Positions 8,835-19,746 are shown, counted from the first letter of the stretch. The stretch: 64,000 nucleotides of DNA from Candidatus Freyarchaeum deiterrae (GCA_037305845.1 CP147778.1:2848001-2912000), one strand, 5' to 3'. The notes: a model not told the origin generated them from the letters alone. Program-made: numbers and translations.

Positions 8835-9928
8835 TGTACAAGTGCCTCGCTTAACTTTGAAAATAATTGGGCTAGGCTGACGATGTCCTGCCTGTTGTGA
8901 TTAATTATAGCGACTAGCGGTCCAACATTCCCTGTTACAAGATACTCTCTGTAGAACTCGGGAACTAGAGCCCCTGGAACCTCATTCTCGCGTCTCAGCC
9001 CAAGTACGTATTCTTCTACGGTTTGGAGTTTGCAATTGGGAACTGTGTGACGCCACACTCTTCGAATAAAATGCAGGAGGTCGAAATGCGCCTTATCAAT
9101 ATTCTTGTCAAGTCCATAGTAATTGAGTCGCTGTTCTATGAAAGGAACGTCAAACGTCCTCCCGTTAAACGAGATAATCGCTCTGTACTGTTCCAAATCC
9201 TTGATAAATGCTTTTAACGCTGCATTCTCTTCTGAAACCTCTCTAACCAGATATTGGTTGACCTTTAGTTTCCCTTCGCAAGGGTGAGCTACTCCTAAGA
9301 GGATTATTGGTCTAGAAAAAAGACCCATGGTTTCAATATCTATAATTGCAAAATCCTCATCTCGATTCAGTCCCGCCAAACGGAAAGAAAAGGGATGCGA
9401 CTTGGGAATCCGTCTCCACATGACTTCCTGAACCGTTTTAAAGTGGTTCATGTCCAGTAAATCGAGAAACTCTCTAGCCAAACTCCTCCACTTGGGATGC
9501 CTAGTTAAATCAACAATAGTCTGATATCCCCTTCTCTTAAGCTCAGCTTCAGTTTTTTCGCCGATCCCGCGAAGAAACCTGAGATTAGAAATAATAGACT
9601 CCCGAGCCCCCTCAGAGGGATTATGAAAATTCGACTGGCAATCAGAACTAATCAAGTAACATTCTCCAACATCATTCGAAATAATCTCGCCCGGAACCGC
9701 CTTCTCCAGAGCCACCCCCTCATACTCCTCAAGTAGCTGTTTTTTTAGTCTTATTACCTCTAAATAGTAAGAATCCATAATCCAATTGGGAATGTATCCG
9801 GTTTCGAAATCCTCCTCTTCATCCTTCTCCAAGATATCATACTCATGCTTTTGATTGAGCATCCTCTCTAAACCTTTAGCTGCTTTGTCAAAACGCACTC
9901 CGGGTACCTCTTCTGGAAACAGTAACAA
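8831..9928 (-). CDS. RNase H-like 3'-5' exonuclease with HhH (YprB/MrfB-like); true start may be ATG 9862
   Basis: IDIETMG, SFNGRTFDVP, HFDLLH, HNRQD; LRGIGEKT HhH; ATGA-coupled to the helicase. Confidence 0.88.
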   Translation of the reverse strand: MLLFPEEVPGVRFDKAAKGLERMLNQKHEYDILEKDEEEDFETGYIPNWIMDSYYLEVIRLKKQLLEEYEGVALEKAVPGEIISNDVGECYLISSDCQSNFHNPSEGARESIISNLRFLRGIGEKTEAELKRRGYQTIVDLTRHPKWRSLAREFLDLLDMNHFKTVQEVMWRRIPKSHPFSFRLAGLNRDEDFAIIDIETMGLFSRPIILLGVAHPCEGKLKVNQYLVREVSEENAALKAFIKDLEQYRAIISFNGRTFDVPFIEQRLNYYGLDKNIDKAHFDLLHFIRRVWRHTVPNCKLQTVEEYVLGLRRENEVPGALVPEFYREYLVTGNVGPLVAIINHNRQDIVSLAQLFSKLSEALVQ

Positions 9929-10251
9929 GATAGATAGTTAAAACTTACGCTAAACCATGTAGTCTCAGATATCCCCAAAATTCTATACGAATAAACCCAT
10001 AAACGGCGGTTAATGAATTAAAGCATAATTGTTTGAAGGCATATTCCATTAAGTGGAATTAGCGGAGTATAATGCTAGTACCTAACATTGCAGTAAAGTA
10101 TATAACGTAGTAATACTACATAATCATTATATAAATAGAATCTGAAAGGGAAAGCGTAACCATTATTGAAAATGCGGCTTAGTTCATCTATCCGTTGATT
10201 AAGCCATTTAAAATTGAGCTTCTTAAAATTCGATATGAGGTGTATGAAGCA

Positions 10252-10716
10252 ATGACCGATGTAAACCCCTACCATAATGCCATGATTTTCGGTACAATGT
10301 TGTGCGCTTTGGATAAGATGGGAATAAAACCCACACTAATAGCACGCCAAACTTCCGCAGTGTTAGCTCCCATAATAGGCGGCCTCTCCAAACAGCTTTT
10401 GGGCAAAACACTCCCATCAAACATGGAAGAATTTTTACCGCAGCTACAAGAATCTTTAAAAACCTCTGGAATATTAAACCCCAAGTCTGAAATCTCTTAC
10501 TCTAACGGCGTTCTCTCCAGTAAAATAATTGACTGCATGTACCTAACCATGGCTGGCTTCGGAAAAAGCTTAGGATACAAAGCCTGCCCAATGTGTGCCG
10601 CCGCTCTTATTCTATCCTCCGCACTAAAAGCGATAAATATAGCTGAGGTTGTAGACGCCCAAGTAGAAAACAAGGAAGACACCTGCATCTTCAAACTAAA
10701 ATTGATGGAAAAATAA
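10252..10716 (+). CDS. V4R-like small Cys-containing protein, paralog of 24252 and 24766
   Basis: Start moved to ATG 10252 after GAGGTG RBS; DCMY...KACPMC...TCIFKL; clear similarity to two other ORFs in the window. Confidence 0.7.
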   Translation: MTDVNPYHNAMIFGTMLCALDKMGIKPTLIARQTSAVLAPIIGGLSKQLLGKTLPSNMEEFLPQLQESLKTSGILNPKSEISYSNGVLSSKIIDCMYLTMAGFGKSLGYKACPMCAAALILSSALKAINIAEVVDAQVENKEDTCIFKLKLMEK

Positions 10717-10979
10717 TCTGCACCGTGAAAAATAATAAATAAACTCTTTTTCCCTTTTTTCCCCATATTTTCGACTTTTAAAAACTTTCAAAAGAATCTA
10801 AAAATAATTATTTCAATAAACTCTACTAAGTGAATTTCACATTATAACTTCCGGTAAATCAAACTTATTCTAAAAAAATTATAAAATGCTCAATTCCAAA
10901 ATTTCTTTCTATGGAGAGTTCGCCGAATAAAGAAAGAATTTAAAAACAAAAAACTTCTTAATAGATTAATGATGAGACT

Positions 10980-11528
10980 ATGATACCGAACAGAGAACAG
11001 TGTATGGATCTATTAAGAACGTATAATGTGCCAAGGAACATTGTAAATCATAGTCTAATCGTTAGCAGAGTAGCGGTATTTCTCGCCACGGAACTGAACA
11101 AAAAGGGTTATAACCTTAACATTGACGAAATCGAGGCCGCAGCCCTTTTGCATGATATTAAAAAAATCGACAGCCTAAAAACAGGAACCGGGCACGCCCA
11201 AGAAGGATGGCTCCTACTGAATAAATTAGGTTATAACGAAGTTGCTGAAATAGTAAAGCAACACGTTTTTCTAGATCAGAATAACGACCCCCAAGAAATA
11301 AGAGAAGAGGAAGTGGTGAACTATTCCGATAAACGTGTGCGCCACTCCGAGGTAGTACCCCTAAAAGAAAGATTCGCTTATCTCAAGGAACGTTACGGCA
11401 AAGACGAGGAATCCCTGAGAGTAATAAACCGCCTAGAGAAGAGAGCTCGGGAACTGGAAAATAAAATCTTTTCAAATATCGATTTTAAACCCGAAGAAGT
11501 ATCGAGGCTCCTCAAAACTAGGGATTAA
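10980..11528 (+). CDS. HD-domain (HDIG-like) phosphohydrolase
   Basis: NHS...AALLHDIKK...GHAQEG...QH...YSDKR. Confidence 0.85.
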   Translation: MIPNREQCMDLLRTYNVPRNIVNHSLIVSRVAVFLATELNKKGYNLNIDEIEAAALLHDIKKIDSLKTGTGHAQEGWLLLNKLGYNEVAEIVKQHVFLDQNNDPQEIREEEVVNYSDKRVRHSEVVPLKERFAYLKERYGKDEESLRVINRLEKRARELENKIFSNIDFKPEEVSRLLKTRD

Positions 11529-11560
11529 CTCTGATTAAAAAATCCAATGTTCGTAATGAT

Positions 11561-12076
11561 TTAACTTTTACTGTTTTTCAAAATTTTTCTGAGAGCACTT
11601 ACTTTTGTCCCTACCTCTTCTTTGTAGGCTTCCAAAACAGCGTGTGGTGTAACTCTCTCCACCCCTTCAATTCTGGAAATGCCCTCAACGAGTCTCGTCG
11701 CTTCCTTTCTATCAGGGCACTTAGCCATGGCCGCGATTTCGAAATCTCCGGCAACATGATAAATATAGCATATACCCTCAAAATCCTCAGTTTTAGATAT
11801 TTCCTCTATGACTTTCCTAACTTCATAACCCGGACGTATTCGGATGAAGAAACAGATAGGGAAAAAGTTCAACCCAGCCTCTTTAGCTAATTTTTCGTAG
11901 TTCAGTTTGACCGAGTATCCGGAAATGATACCCATCTCCTCCATAGCCGTTATTCGCCTACTCACTGTTGAAACTCCTATATCGAGTTCCATAGCTATTT
12001 GTCTAAAAGATGTTCTAGCATCTCTCTCCAGTATGTCTAGGATTCTGAAATCCACATCATCTAAAGAGTTCATCAC
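11561..12076 (-). CDS. Lrp/AsnC family transcriptional regulator
   Basis: LDDVDFRILDILERDARTSF...STVSRRITAMEEMGII; YHVAGDFE RAM domain. Confidence 0.9.
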   Translation of the reverse strand: MMNSLDDVDFRILDILERDARTSFRQIAMELDIGVSTVSRRITAMEEMGIISGYSVKLNYEKLAKEAGLNFFPICFFIRIRPGYEVRKVIEEISKTEDFEGICYIYHVAGDFEIAAMAKCPDRKEATRLVEGISRIEGVERVTPHAVLEAYKEEVGTKVSALRKILKNSKS

Positions 12077-12517
12077 AAAGCCTTCCCTTTTACTTCATTT
12101 TTTATGCAGATTTTTTGGATTATCTGGTTAACATCTGATTTTATGTTAAGACATATTACTCCCGACATATATCTGTTTCGTTTATATGCTAAAAATGAAA
12201 CAAATATCCCAATTTTTCTAGAAATATTTATATACATTAAACTTAAACGTCTATATTGGATTACAAATGATTCAACGTGTAGGTTTCTCATAAAGGAACA
12301 ACTATCAGCTACTTAGAGTTGTGGTACAAACATCTTATGGACTGATCGCCTAATCAGAAAGCCCATAAAAAAATTCTGGAGGAGAAGGCGAAGGGAATTT
12401 AGAAACCAAACACATCGCCTGGGTTCTAAAAAAGAAAGGGGTATGCCCCACTATACGTTGAAGACAAATTATGCGTCTAAATTTAGGTAAAATAATAGAA
12501 GAAGGGTGAAATAAAAA

Positions 12518-12940
12518 ATGGACACAATGGCATTTATAGTTGGAAGCGACAAGTTTGAAAAACTGATGATGAGCATAATACTGTCAAGAACAGGAGTAGC
12601 AATGGACGTTGAGACTCACATGTTCTTTACATTCTGGGGACTAAATCTTCTCAGGAAGGGAAAAGCAGACAAGGCCAAAGTCCAAATGCCACCGGGAATG
12701 AGAAGCCTTGCCACATGGATGATGAAGCGGAAAATGATGAAATCAGGATTCAAGAAGCCATCAGAGATGCTCAGTGAACTAGCGCAAACAGGTAAAGTAC
12801 ATTTCCACGCGTGCTCAACAACACTAGAACTTTTCGGTCTTAAAAAAGAAGATTTGATACCCGAAGTGGAAGACATCGTCGGTGCCGCTACATTCCTAGA
12901 CATAGCGGCTGACGCAGACAAAGTGCTGGTTCTCTCATAA
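12518..12940 (+). CDS. DsrE/DsrF/DrsH-like sulfur-relay protein
   Basis: MFFTFWGLNLL, FHACSTT, IVGAATFL motifs. Confidence 0.88.
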   Translation: MDTMAFIVGSDKFEKLMMSIILSRTGVAMDVETHMFFTFWGLNLLRKGKADKAKVQMPPGMRSLATWMMKRKMMKSGFKKPSEMLSELAQTGKVHFHACSTTLELFGLKKEDLIPEVEDIVGAATFLDIAADADKVLVLS

Positions 12941-13065
12941 TCAAAATAAATTCGACTTCCCACTTCTACTTTCTATTTTTTTAAAACAATTTTGCGGAAA
13001 AACACGCAAAGCTTATTACAAAAACCGTTACTTTTTTTATTAGCATAAATTAGGAGTTGAGTGAT

Positions 13066-13251
13066 GTGAGTACTAAAAAGGATGAAAAAAGAAAGAAATC
13101 AAAAGACAGCTACGGGAAGAATTCTACTCACAGTGGTTATGATGGCTGTACTCCTGCAAGCGGGTGCGGTCCGAATTTTGAAATAGTACTAAATATTAAA
13201 GAAAGAAAAAAATCCGAAAAAAAGGAAGAAGAAGAAAAAGAAGAAGAATAG
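13066..13251 (+). CDS. Small charged hypothetical protein with a CxxxxxC core
   Basis: GGAG RBS upstream; K/E-rich termini around YDGCTPASGCGPNF; start uncertain (13057 or 13066). Confidence 0.4.
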   Translation: MSTKKDEKRKKSKDSYGKNSTHSGYDGCTPASGCGPNFEIVLNIKERKKSEKKEEEEKEEE

Positions 13252-13273
13252 AATAACCTATTTTTTGTTATTT

Positions 13274-13831
13274 TTATTGTGTAAAAGTGTTTTTGTAAGC
13301 GAATTTTTCGAGGGGCAATCTTTCTGGTCTTTTCATTTCACTAGCCTTTTGTTGATCCGAAAGAACTGGGCTTAGAGTTTCTGAATGTTTACCGACTATA
13401 ACTAATGTGATGTCTATCATATCATCTGGAATATTAAGCACCTTCTTCACCTGCGCCTCGTCATATCCCGCTATAGGATGCGCCACCAGTCCCAGCTCAG
13501 TCGCTCTCAGAATAATGAACGCCACAGCCATACCGGTGTCGAATAAATAATACTTCCTTGGCTCGATGATGCAATCCTGTTTCTCCTTACTGAAAACTGC
13601 TATAATCATGGAACTTGCCTTAGCCCATTCGTTGCCCTTAGATAAACAATTCTTCACATTATCCAGAGCTTTAGGCTCGTATACAAAAACGAACCGCCAG
13701 GGCTGATTATTAAAACAGGAGGGCGCAATCTGAGCGCTTTCAGCCAAATCCTGAACTAACTGTTCTGTTATTTTTACGGGCTTCAATGAGCGATATGCCC
13801 TTCTTTCATTCATCGCTTTTTTTACATCCAT
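13274..13831 (-). CDS. Nitroreductase family protein
   Basis: RRAYR, APSCFNNQPWRF, DTGMA, ATELGL; start set at MDVKK. Confidence 0.9.
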   Translation of the reverse strand: MDVKKAMNERRAYRSLKPVKITEQLVQDLAESAQIAPSCFNNQPWRFVFVYEPKALDNVKNCLSKGNEWAKASSMIIAVFSKEKQDCIIEPRKYYLFDTGMAVAFIILRATELGLVAHPIAGYDEAQVKKVLNIPDDMIDITLVIVGKHSETLSPVLSDQQKASEMKRPERLPLEKFAYKNTFTQ

Positions 13832-14054
13832 AAAACCTACTCCCAAAAATTTTTTCTAATATGCTCTATTTAAAAAGTCGACTTATAGAAAAGCTTTGTG
13901 GAACAATCTTACACAATTAGTATCCGATGGTCAAGTAGAATTTTTATGCCAATTCTTATACGATAAATTTTTTATACTTCATCTCTATTTAACTCAAAAA
14001 TAGTGTTAAACTAACAAAATAATTATAAATAATTCTCAAGGAGGAGGCTTGATT

Positions 14055-14603
14055 ATGGCAAAGACCAGCAGAAGAAGTAATATTATCATACTGTCAGCAA
14101 GCATAATCATTGCTGAGTTGGCGGGCATTATTGGTGCGTTATTCACGACTCCATCAATTCCGTTATGGTACTATTTTCTAATAAAGCCGTCTTTCAACCC
14201 CCCAAGCTTGCTTTTCGCCCCGGTTTGGACCATTCTATTTCTTCTAATGGGTATAGCAGCATACTATGTATGGAATGAAGGCTGGGAAAACAGAAATGTG
14301 AAAATCGCCATATCGGTATACGGCGTCCAACTGGTGCTAAATGTGCTTTGGTCATTCCTGTTCTTCGGAGCGCAATTACCATCCTATGGTTTCTTTGAGA
14401 TAGTAGCGCTCTGGATAGTAATCCTGCTTAATATTATAACGTTCTTCAGAATTTCTAGAAAAGCGGCCTATTTGCTAATCCCGTACATACTCTGGGTAAG
14501 TTTCGCAGCATTACTCAACTTTGCAGTATGGCAGCTCAATCCATGGCCTTACGGAAAATTAATTCTAGACGTCTTGTTTTTCGGAGGATTACCGGTACTC
14601 TGA
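14055..14603 (+). CDS. tspO: TspO/MBR tryptophan-rich sensory protein
   Basis: WY..LIKPSFNPP..LFAPVWT, QLVLNVLWSFLFF, LLIPYILWVSFA. Confidence 0.93.
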   Translation: MAKTSRRSNIIILSASIIIAELAGIIGALFTTPSIPLWYYFLIKPSFNPPSLLFAPVWTILFLLMGIAAYYVWNEGWENRNVKIAISVYGVQLVLNVLWSFLFFGAQLPSYGFFEIVALWIVILLNIITFFRISRKAAYLLIPYILWVSFAALLNFAVWQLNPWPYGKLILDVLFFGGLPVL

Positions 14604-14844
14604 AAGAGTAGCCAGTTGTGGAAAAATGTCCATTGGTAAAATAAATTAATAAAAATCCTAAATCCCGAGAGAGAATGCAGACAACACTTAATTTCCTTTT
14701 TTCTTTTTTGCGGATAGGTTTTGGTTCTTGCATATCCAATATCAATCTTTGACTTCTTGCACTCATGTTAGTATTTTGTCTTGCATAAAAATCTTCTTGG
14801 GTAATAATTATTGAAGGTTATGAAATTCATTTAAAAACTGTAAT

Positions 14845-15261
14845 TCAGTCCTCTATTCTGATTACTTTTAGATTATCGAAGTGCTTGTCAAAGGAGAATA
14901 TCTCCTTTATTCCCTTTCTTAACATTATTAAGTATGCTAGCATGTCATTTATGCTTATTTTTTTGTTTTTTGCTTCTAAGGTGGCTGAAATGTAGTCTTC
15001 TTTTGTGACTCCTTCTATTTGAATGTTTTTTGTTTTGTAAACTTCTTCGATAAAGTTTACTGAGAGGGTAAGATTTGCCGCGTCTTCTAGTATATTTGCG
15101 ACCTCGGAGAGGTGTACAACTGAGGTGACTACTTCCTCATTTTCAACTATTCTCTGATAAATCCCCTTGGCTTTGTTTTTGAGTTCCTTCTCCTCTTCTG
15201 TTAGATTTCTCTTAGGTTTGAGGATGGCATAGATAAACACATTAGAATCCACGAATCTCAT
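14845..15261 (-). CDS. vapC: PIN-domain toxin (VapC)
   Basis: FVDSNVFIY...E...IND...IFSFDKHFD; overlaps the upstream antitoxin by 4 nt. Confidence 0.9.
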   Translation of the reverse strand: MRFVDSNVFIYAILKPKRNLTEEEKELKNKAKGIYQRIVENEEVVTSVVHLSEVANILEDAANLTLSVNFIEEVYKTKNIQIEGVTKEDYISATLEAKNKKISINDMLAYLIMLRKGIKEIFSFDKHFDNLKVIRIED

Positions 15262-15503
15262 TTGAACTCCCTTCTTAGGCTCCCTCTTAACTTGTGATAG
15301 TCCAAAAATGATCCTTCAGGTACATCAACCTCAACCGAATCCACAAACCCTTTGAGGTCAGATTTTAATGGTAAAATCTCGATTCGGTCATCTAGAATAA
15401 CCACATAGACCTCGTCCACGTCCACCATGTACTTCTTCCTCCACGAAGATGGCAGCAGCAATCTTCCTTGGGAATCAACAGTTCTTCTCTCCACGTTTAC
15501 CAT
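15258..15503 (-). CDS. AbrB/MraZ-like DNA-binding antitoxin (VapB)
   Basis: RTVDSQGRLLLPSSWR swapped-hairpin motif, directly upstream of the PIN gene. Confidence 0.85.
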   Translation of the reverse strand: MVNVERRTVDSQGRLLLPSSWRKKYMVDVDEVYVVILDDRIEILPLKSDLKGFVDSVEVDVPEGSFLDYHKLRGSLRREFK

Positions 15504-15684
15504 ATAATCACCAATAATGATAATAATTAGGGAAAATATTTATAATTTTCCATAGAAGCTCTGAAATCCTAGAAAACCAAAAGAGAACCCCCAGAAACTT
15601 CGATTGACTCGCTTTTTATTATTAAAGAGGCGTCTTCCGCAAATTAGTTGAAGGTGTTGGTTTTGTACCCCGATTAATTTGTAA

Positions 15685-16374
15685 TTATTTTTGGGCGCAT
15701 ATTATTCCCATTAATGGGGATTTTATCTCTTCAATTCCTTCTACTATGAAACCCTCTTCTTCAAAGAAGCTCTTTAAATCATAAACATTGGCGGGGTGGT
15801 CTTCTCTCTTCTTCTCTTCTATCTTCTCTTCCAAAGATTTTTGGGAATCCATACTCCTACTCCATTCAGCGATAACTCGGAACTGCTCTTCCTCTTTCTC
15901 GGGGTACTTCCTGTTATCAAAAAACCACATGACATCTCCTAAGATTACTCTACCTCCGGGTTTCAAGAGATTATGCCACACTTTTATTGCTTCTTGTTTT
16001 TCCTCGTCATAAAGGTGGTGAAATGCCAGATTGCTAACGATTAAATTGACCTTTTGACCACAATTTGGTTCAGAAAAACTGCCGTATCCGAAGTCGATGT
16101 TTTTGACTTTGTTTTTCAAAGCCTTTTCTCTGGCAACCTGAAGCATCTTCTCAGAAATGTCCCTCGCAACTACTTTCTTCACTTTGGGAGCGAGTTTGAA
16201 GCTAATAGCACCTGTACCAGTACCCAGATCCAAGACGGTATCCGTGTTTTTAGGTCTCGCTAATTCGATAATCCTTTCAATCATAACCAAGTACACATCA
16301 ATAATCTTGGGCATGTATTCATCATAATACTGTGCCTCTTCGTCAAACTTTCTAGCAACACCCTTTTTGTTCAT
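15685..16374 (-). CDS. Class I SAM-dependent methyltransferase
   Basis: VLDLGTGTG, DISEKML, AFHHL, LKPGGRVILGD. Confidence 0.9.
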   Translation of the reverse strand: MNKKGVARKFDEEAQYYDEYMPKIIDVYLVMIERIIELARPKNTDTVLDLGTGTGAISFKLAPKVKKVVARDISEKMLQVAREKALKNKVKNIDFGYGSFSEPNCGQKVNLIVSNLAFHHLYDEEKQEAIKVWHNLLKPGGRVILGDVMWFFDNRKYPEKEEEQFRVIAEWSRSMDSQKSLEEKIEEKKREDHPANVYDLKSFFEEEGFIVEGIEEIKSPLMGIICAQK

Positions 16375-16609
16375 ATATTCACCCCAGGTACTTCACTTTC
16401 TTCAGTTTTCTATTTTTGCGTATAAGGGTTGGGTAAAGTTGATAAGTTTGGAGTCCGCTAACTGTGTAAAAGATTGTACCAGTATATTTTATTTGATGAC
16501 AGAATAGGTTCACAGAGATGAAGGCGAACCCTTATCAGCTTTTCTGTTTGGGTACAGAATGTGACATTTAAGTTACCTATTCTTGAATTGGAATATCGGA
16601 GGTTGTTTA

Positions 16610-17680
16610 ATGAGAGCTATCGTTACTACTCCACCTGAAAGAAATTCCGTACAGTTGATGGAGATACACAAACCAAAACCCGAGGAAAATGAAGCTTTAA
16701 TCAAAATTTTGAAGGCAGGAATTGATGTAACTGATAGGGAAATAAATGACGGCTATTACGGCACACCCCCAGAAGGATCTCCATACTTAATAATCAGCCA
16801 TGAAGCTGTCGGAATCGTAGAGGAAATAGGAGAAAAAGTAAAGAAGGTTTCAGTTGGTGACATTGTGGTGCCTACGGTTAGGAGACCCTGCATACAGAAC
16901 TGTTTAAACTGTAAAAAGGGCGAGACCGATATGTGCACAACAGGGAACTATTCTGAGCATGGAATTTTAAAGCTGCACGGATTCGCTTCCGATTACACAG
17001 TCACTGATGCGAATTACTTGATAAAAATTCCTGAAGCAGTGAGGGATGAGGCTGTATTTCTAGAGCCGTTAAGCATAGTCGAAAAAGGAATTTCCCAACT
17101 ACTTAAAATTCAAGAAAGAGTGGTTTGGAAACCAGAAGACGTCCTAGTTATAGGAGCTATGCCGCTGGGTTTACTAGCCACTATGATTCTTCGATTAAAG
17201 GGCTTTAATGTGCTCAATGCTTCAAGAACCCGTGTTGAGAGTACTAAGGCTAAAATTGTTAGAGAGGTGGGAGGCGAATACGTTGATGAGAGAGAAAATT
17301 CGCTTCAAACATTAGGAAAGAAATTTGACGTAGTTATTGAGGCATCTGGAGCAGCTTCAGCCGGCATAGAATCCTTTGAACTAATGAAGCCAAACGGTAT
17401 AATTTGCTTGTTAGGACTTTACCGAGAAATAGAAGAGTGCGAAGATTTCGGAAAAATCTTCCGAAATATGGTTTCGGGGAACCGCGTATCATTCGGTTCG
17501 TCGAACTCTAACAAAAAACACTTCGAAATGGGACTGAAAGATCTACTTGAAATAAAGAAAAAATATCCATCAGTAATGAGTGAAATGGTATCCCGAGAAC
17601 TTGAACCCGAAAAAGCAGCCTTAGCATTCAGAAGCGATTTCGAAGAAATAAAAACAATCATCAATTTCCAAAAAAAGTAA
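16610..17680 (+). CDS. gdh: Glucose 1-dehydrogenase-like Zn-dependent MDR enzyme
   Basis: ISHEAVG, VVPTVRRPC..CLNC....DMC, EPLSIVEKG; start MRAIV after GGAGG RBS. Confidence 0.8.
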   Translation: MRAIVTTPPERNSVQLMEIHKPKPEENEALIKILKAGIDVTDREINDGYYGTPPEGSPYLIISHEAVGIVEEIGEKVKKVSVGDIVVPTVRRPCIQNCLNCKKGETDMCTTGNYSEHGILKLHGFASDYTVTDANYLIKIPEAVRDEAVFLEPLSIVEKGISQLLKIQERVVWKPEDVLVIGAMPLGLLATMILRLKGFNVLNASRTRVESTKAKIVREVGGEYVDERENSLQTLGKKFDVVIEASGAASAGIESFELMKPNGIICLLGLYREIEECEDFGKIFRNMVSGNRVSFGSSNSNKKHFEMGLKDLLEIKKKYPSVMSEMVSRELEPEKAALAFRSDFEEIKTIINFQKK

Positions 17681-17746
17681 ATAAACACAAGCGCTATACA
17701 CACAATGCTCAGCAAGAGACAAAACTGATATTTTAGGAAGCATTTT

Positions 17747-18574
17747 TCATGTACTCGTATCTAAAAATCTTAAATGAACTATGTTAGCTATCTCATATTT
17801 ATCTATAAGGTTTAACATGCTAATTGTAGATTCCCCCCAAGAATCCTCTCTTTTTATACGGGAGAACATGGGATATTGTTCTAAAACTTCTATTCTTTTA
17901 TCCCATTTCCTAATTTTATTCCCAATATGATCTGCCGAGTGCAAAGATGCTGATTTCATGCCTGTATTTTTAATTACTTGGTTCGTAAAAATTTTACCCA
18001 ATTCGGATATAGTGTTAAATACCATTTCGCTACCGGGGAAATGATCTGCCATATTCGAAAAGAATTGTTTGACTACTTTTTCAGAGAAATATGACAATAC
18101 ACCTCCACAAAAGAAAATAATACCATCAGGAATTGGATTTACCTCCTTTACCCATTCCATATCAAATATTGATTGAGCAATACAAAGAGAGCGGTTAGTT
18201 TCTGGAATAAGCTGTTTTCTGATTTCGATTACATCTGGGAGGTCAACGTCATACCAATGGATTAAACCGTTATCAACCCGGTAAAAAGTAGTGTCCAATC
18301 CACAACCCAAATTTACCACAACTGCTTTTGGGTGTCCTAAAATAAAATTTTTTATAGTATCATCAAACATCTTAGCTCTAACCAGATTCATTAAATTACC
18401 ATAAGGAGGCAAATTTTTGTCCAGCCTCTCAAAATCATAATCCAAGTTTTCAACAATCTCAACGGCCATTGGATCATTCAATATAGAGTTACCTTCACGG
18501 CTGAGTTTCGCCCGACTCCATAAAGGCAATAATAATGTTTCCTGAACACTATCCAGACAGATTTTCATTTTCAT
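17747..18574 (-). CDS. Class I SAM-dependent methyltransferase (LCM/TcmP-like O-methyltransferase)
   Basis: ETLLLPLWSRA, VVNLGCGLDT, WYDVDLPDVI. Confidence 0.88.
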   Translation of the reverse strand: MKMKICLDSVQETLLLPLWSRAKLSREGNSILNDPMAVEIVENLDYDFERLDKNLPPYGNLMNLVRAKMFDDTIKNFILGHPKAVVVNLGCGLDTTFYRVDNGLIHWYDVDLPDVIEIRKQLIPETNRSLCIAQSIFDMEWVKEVNPIPDGIIFFCGGVLSYFSEKVVKQFFSNMADHFPGSEMVFNTISELGKIFTNQVIKNTGMKSASLHSADHIGNKIRKWDKRIEVLEQYPMFSRIKREDSWGESTISMLNLIDKYEIANIVHLRFLDTST

Positions 18575-18747
18575 ACCTTCTCATTATTACCCAATTACAC
18601 TTCAATTTTAATTATTAATTATTTCGATAAAAGATTTTCAATAATGGAAAAATAATATAATTGCCCCATTCAGTAACTTTAAATACGAAAGATTTTAAGA
18701 GGAGAAAATTGAAGATTAGTAACATTGCCTCTTAAAGGAGGGTTTAG

Positions 18748-19710
18748 ATGTTTAAAACCAGGATTACTGAACTTTTCAATATTAATTACCCCATTATTGG
18801 AGGAGCCATGCATCTTCTCTCGAGAGCCGAGCTTGTTGCAGCCATTTCAAACGCTGGCGGACTCGGAATTTTAGCATCCACAACTTTTGAGAACCCGGAA
18901 GATCTACGTAATGAGATTCAGAAAACGAGGAAGCTAACAAAAAAGCCCTTCGGCGTAAATCTAAACCTGTTTCCCTCCATGAGGCCAAGACCAGTTGAGA
19001 AGGATATCGACCTCTTTATCGATGAGGGGGTTGAAATAGTCGAGTCTTCGGGAACCAGCCCAGCGCCATACGTCCCCAGAATGAAAGAGGCTGGCATAAA
19101 GCTAATTCACAAGGTCGCGGGAGTCAAGTACGCAATGACCGCTGAGAAAGTTGGCTGCGACGCGGTGTCAGTTGTGGGCTTCGAGTGTGGAGGCCACCCC
19201 GGCCTCGATGATGTGACATCCCTCATAATGGTTCCTGAAACTGTAGAGTCTGTTCACATACCAGTGTGCGCTGGAGGCGGATTCTGCGATTCTAAGAGTT
19301 TCCTCGCAGCCCTTTCCCTCGGAGCTGAGGGAATAGTTATGGCAACCCGTTTCGTAGCCACTAAGGAATGCAATGTGCACCCCAAGATTAAAGAATGGAT
19401 AGTTAATGCCAAGGACAACGACACTACCATCATAGGGAAACCCTACAAACTCGCATCGAGAGTTATAAAGAACAAGCCAGCCTTAACAGCCCAGGAAATG
19501 GAAGCAAGAGGAGCCAGCCTTGAGGAAGTCCTGCCAATAATAAGCGGCCAGCAAGGAAAGAAAGCCTGGGAGGAAGGAGACATTGACGCTGGAATTCTTT
19601 CCCTAGGTATGAGTGTTGGAAGAATCGAAAAAATACTCACCGTAAAAGAAGTCATAGACGAGACCGTAAATGGGGCGAAGCAAATTCTTGAACGCTTAAA
19701 CAGGTATTGA
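18748..19710 (+). CDS. Nitronate monooxygenase / FabK-like FMN oxidoreductase
   Basis: YPIIGGAM, SNAGGLG, PFGVNL, GFECGGH, MATRF. Confidence 0.9.
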   Translation: MFKTRITELFNINYPIIGGAMHLLSRAELVAAISNAGGLGILASTTFENPEDLRNEIQKTRKLTKKPFGVNLNLFPSMRPRPVEKDIDLFIDEGVEIVESSGTSPAPYVPRMKEAGIKLIHKVAGVKYAMTAEKVGCDAVSVVGFECGGHPGLDDVTSLIMVPETVESVHIPVCAGGGFCDSKSFLAALSLGAEGIVMATRFVATKECNVHPKIKEWIVNAKDNDTTIIGKPYKLASRVIKNKPALTAQEMEARGASLEEVLPIISGQQGKKAWEEGDIDAGILSLGMSVGRIEKILTVKEVIDETVNGAKQILERLNRY

Positions 19711-19746
19711 AATAACTCCGCTTTGACTACGTGTATTGGTGGTACA

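Noticed and set aside
6525-9928. Helicase plus nuclease as a defence system (Druantia/DISARM-like DUF1998)
   Set aside because: The two-gene DUF1998 helicase plus YprB-type exonuclease arrangement matches the known MrfAB-type DNA repair pair; no methylase or other defence genes are adjacent.
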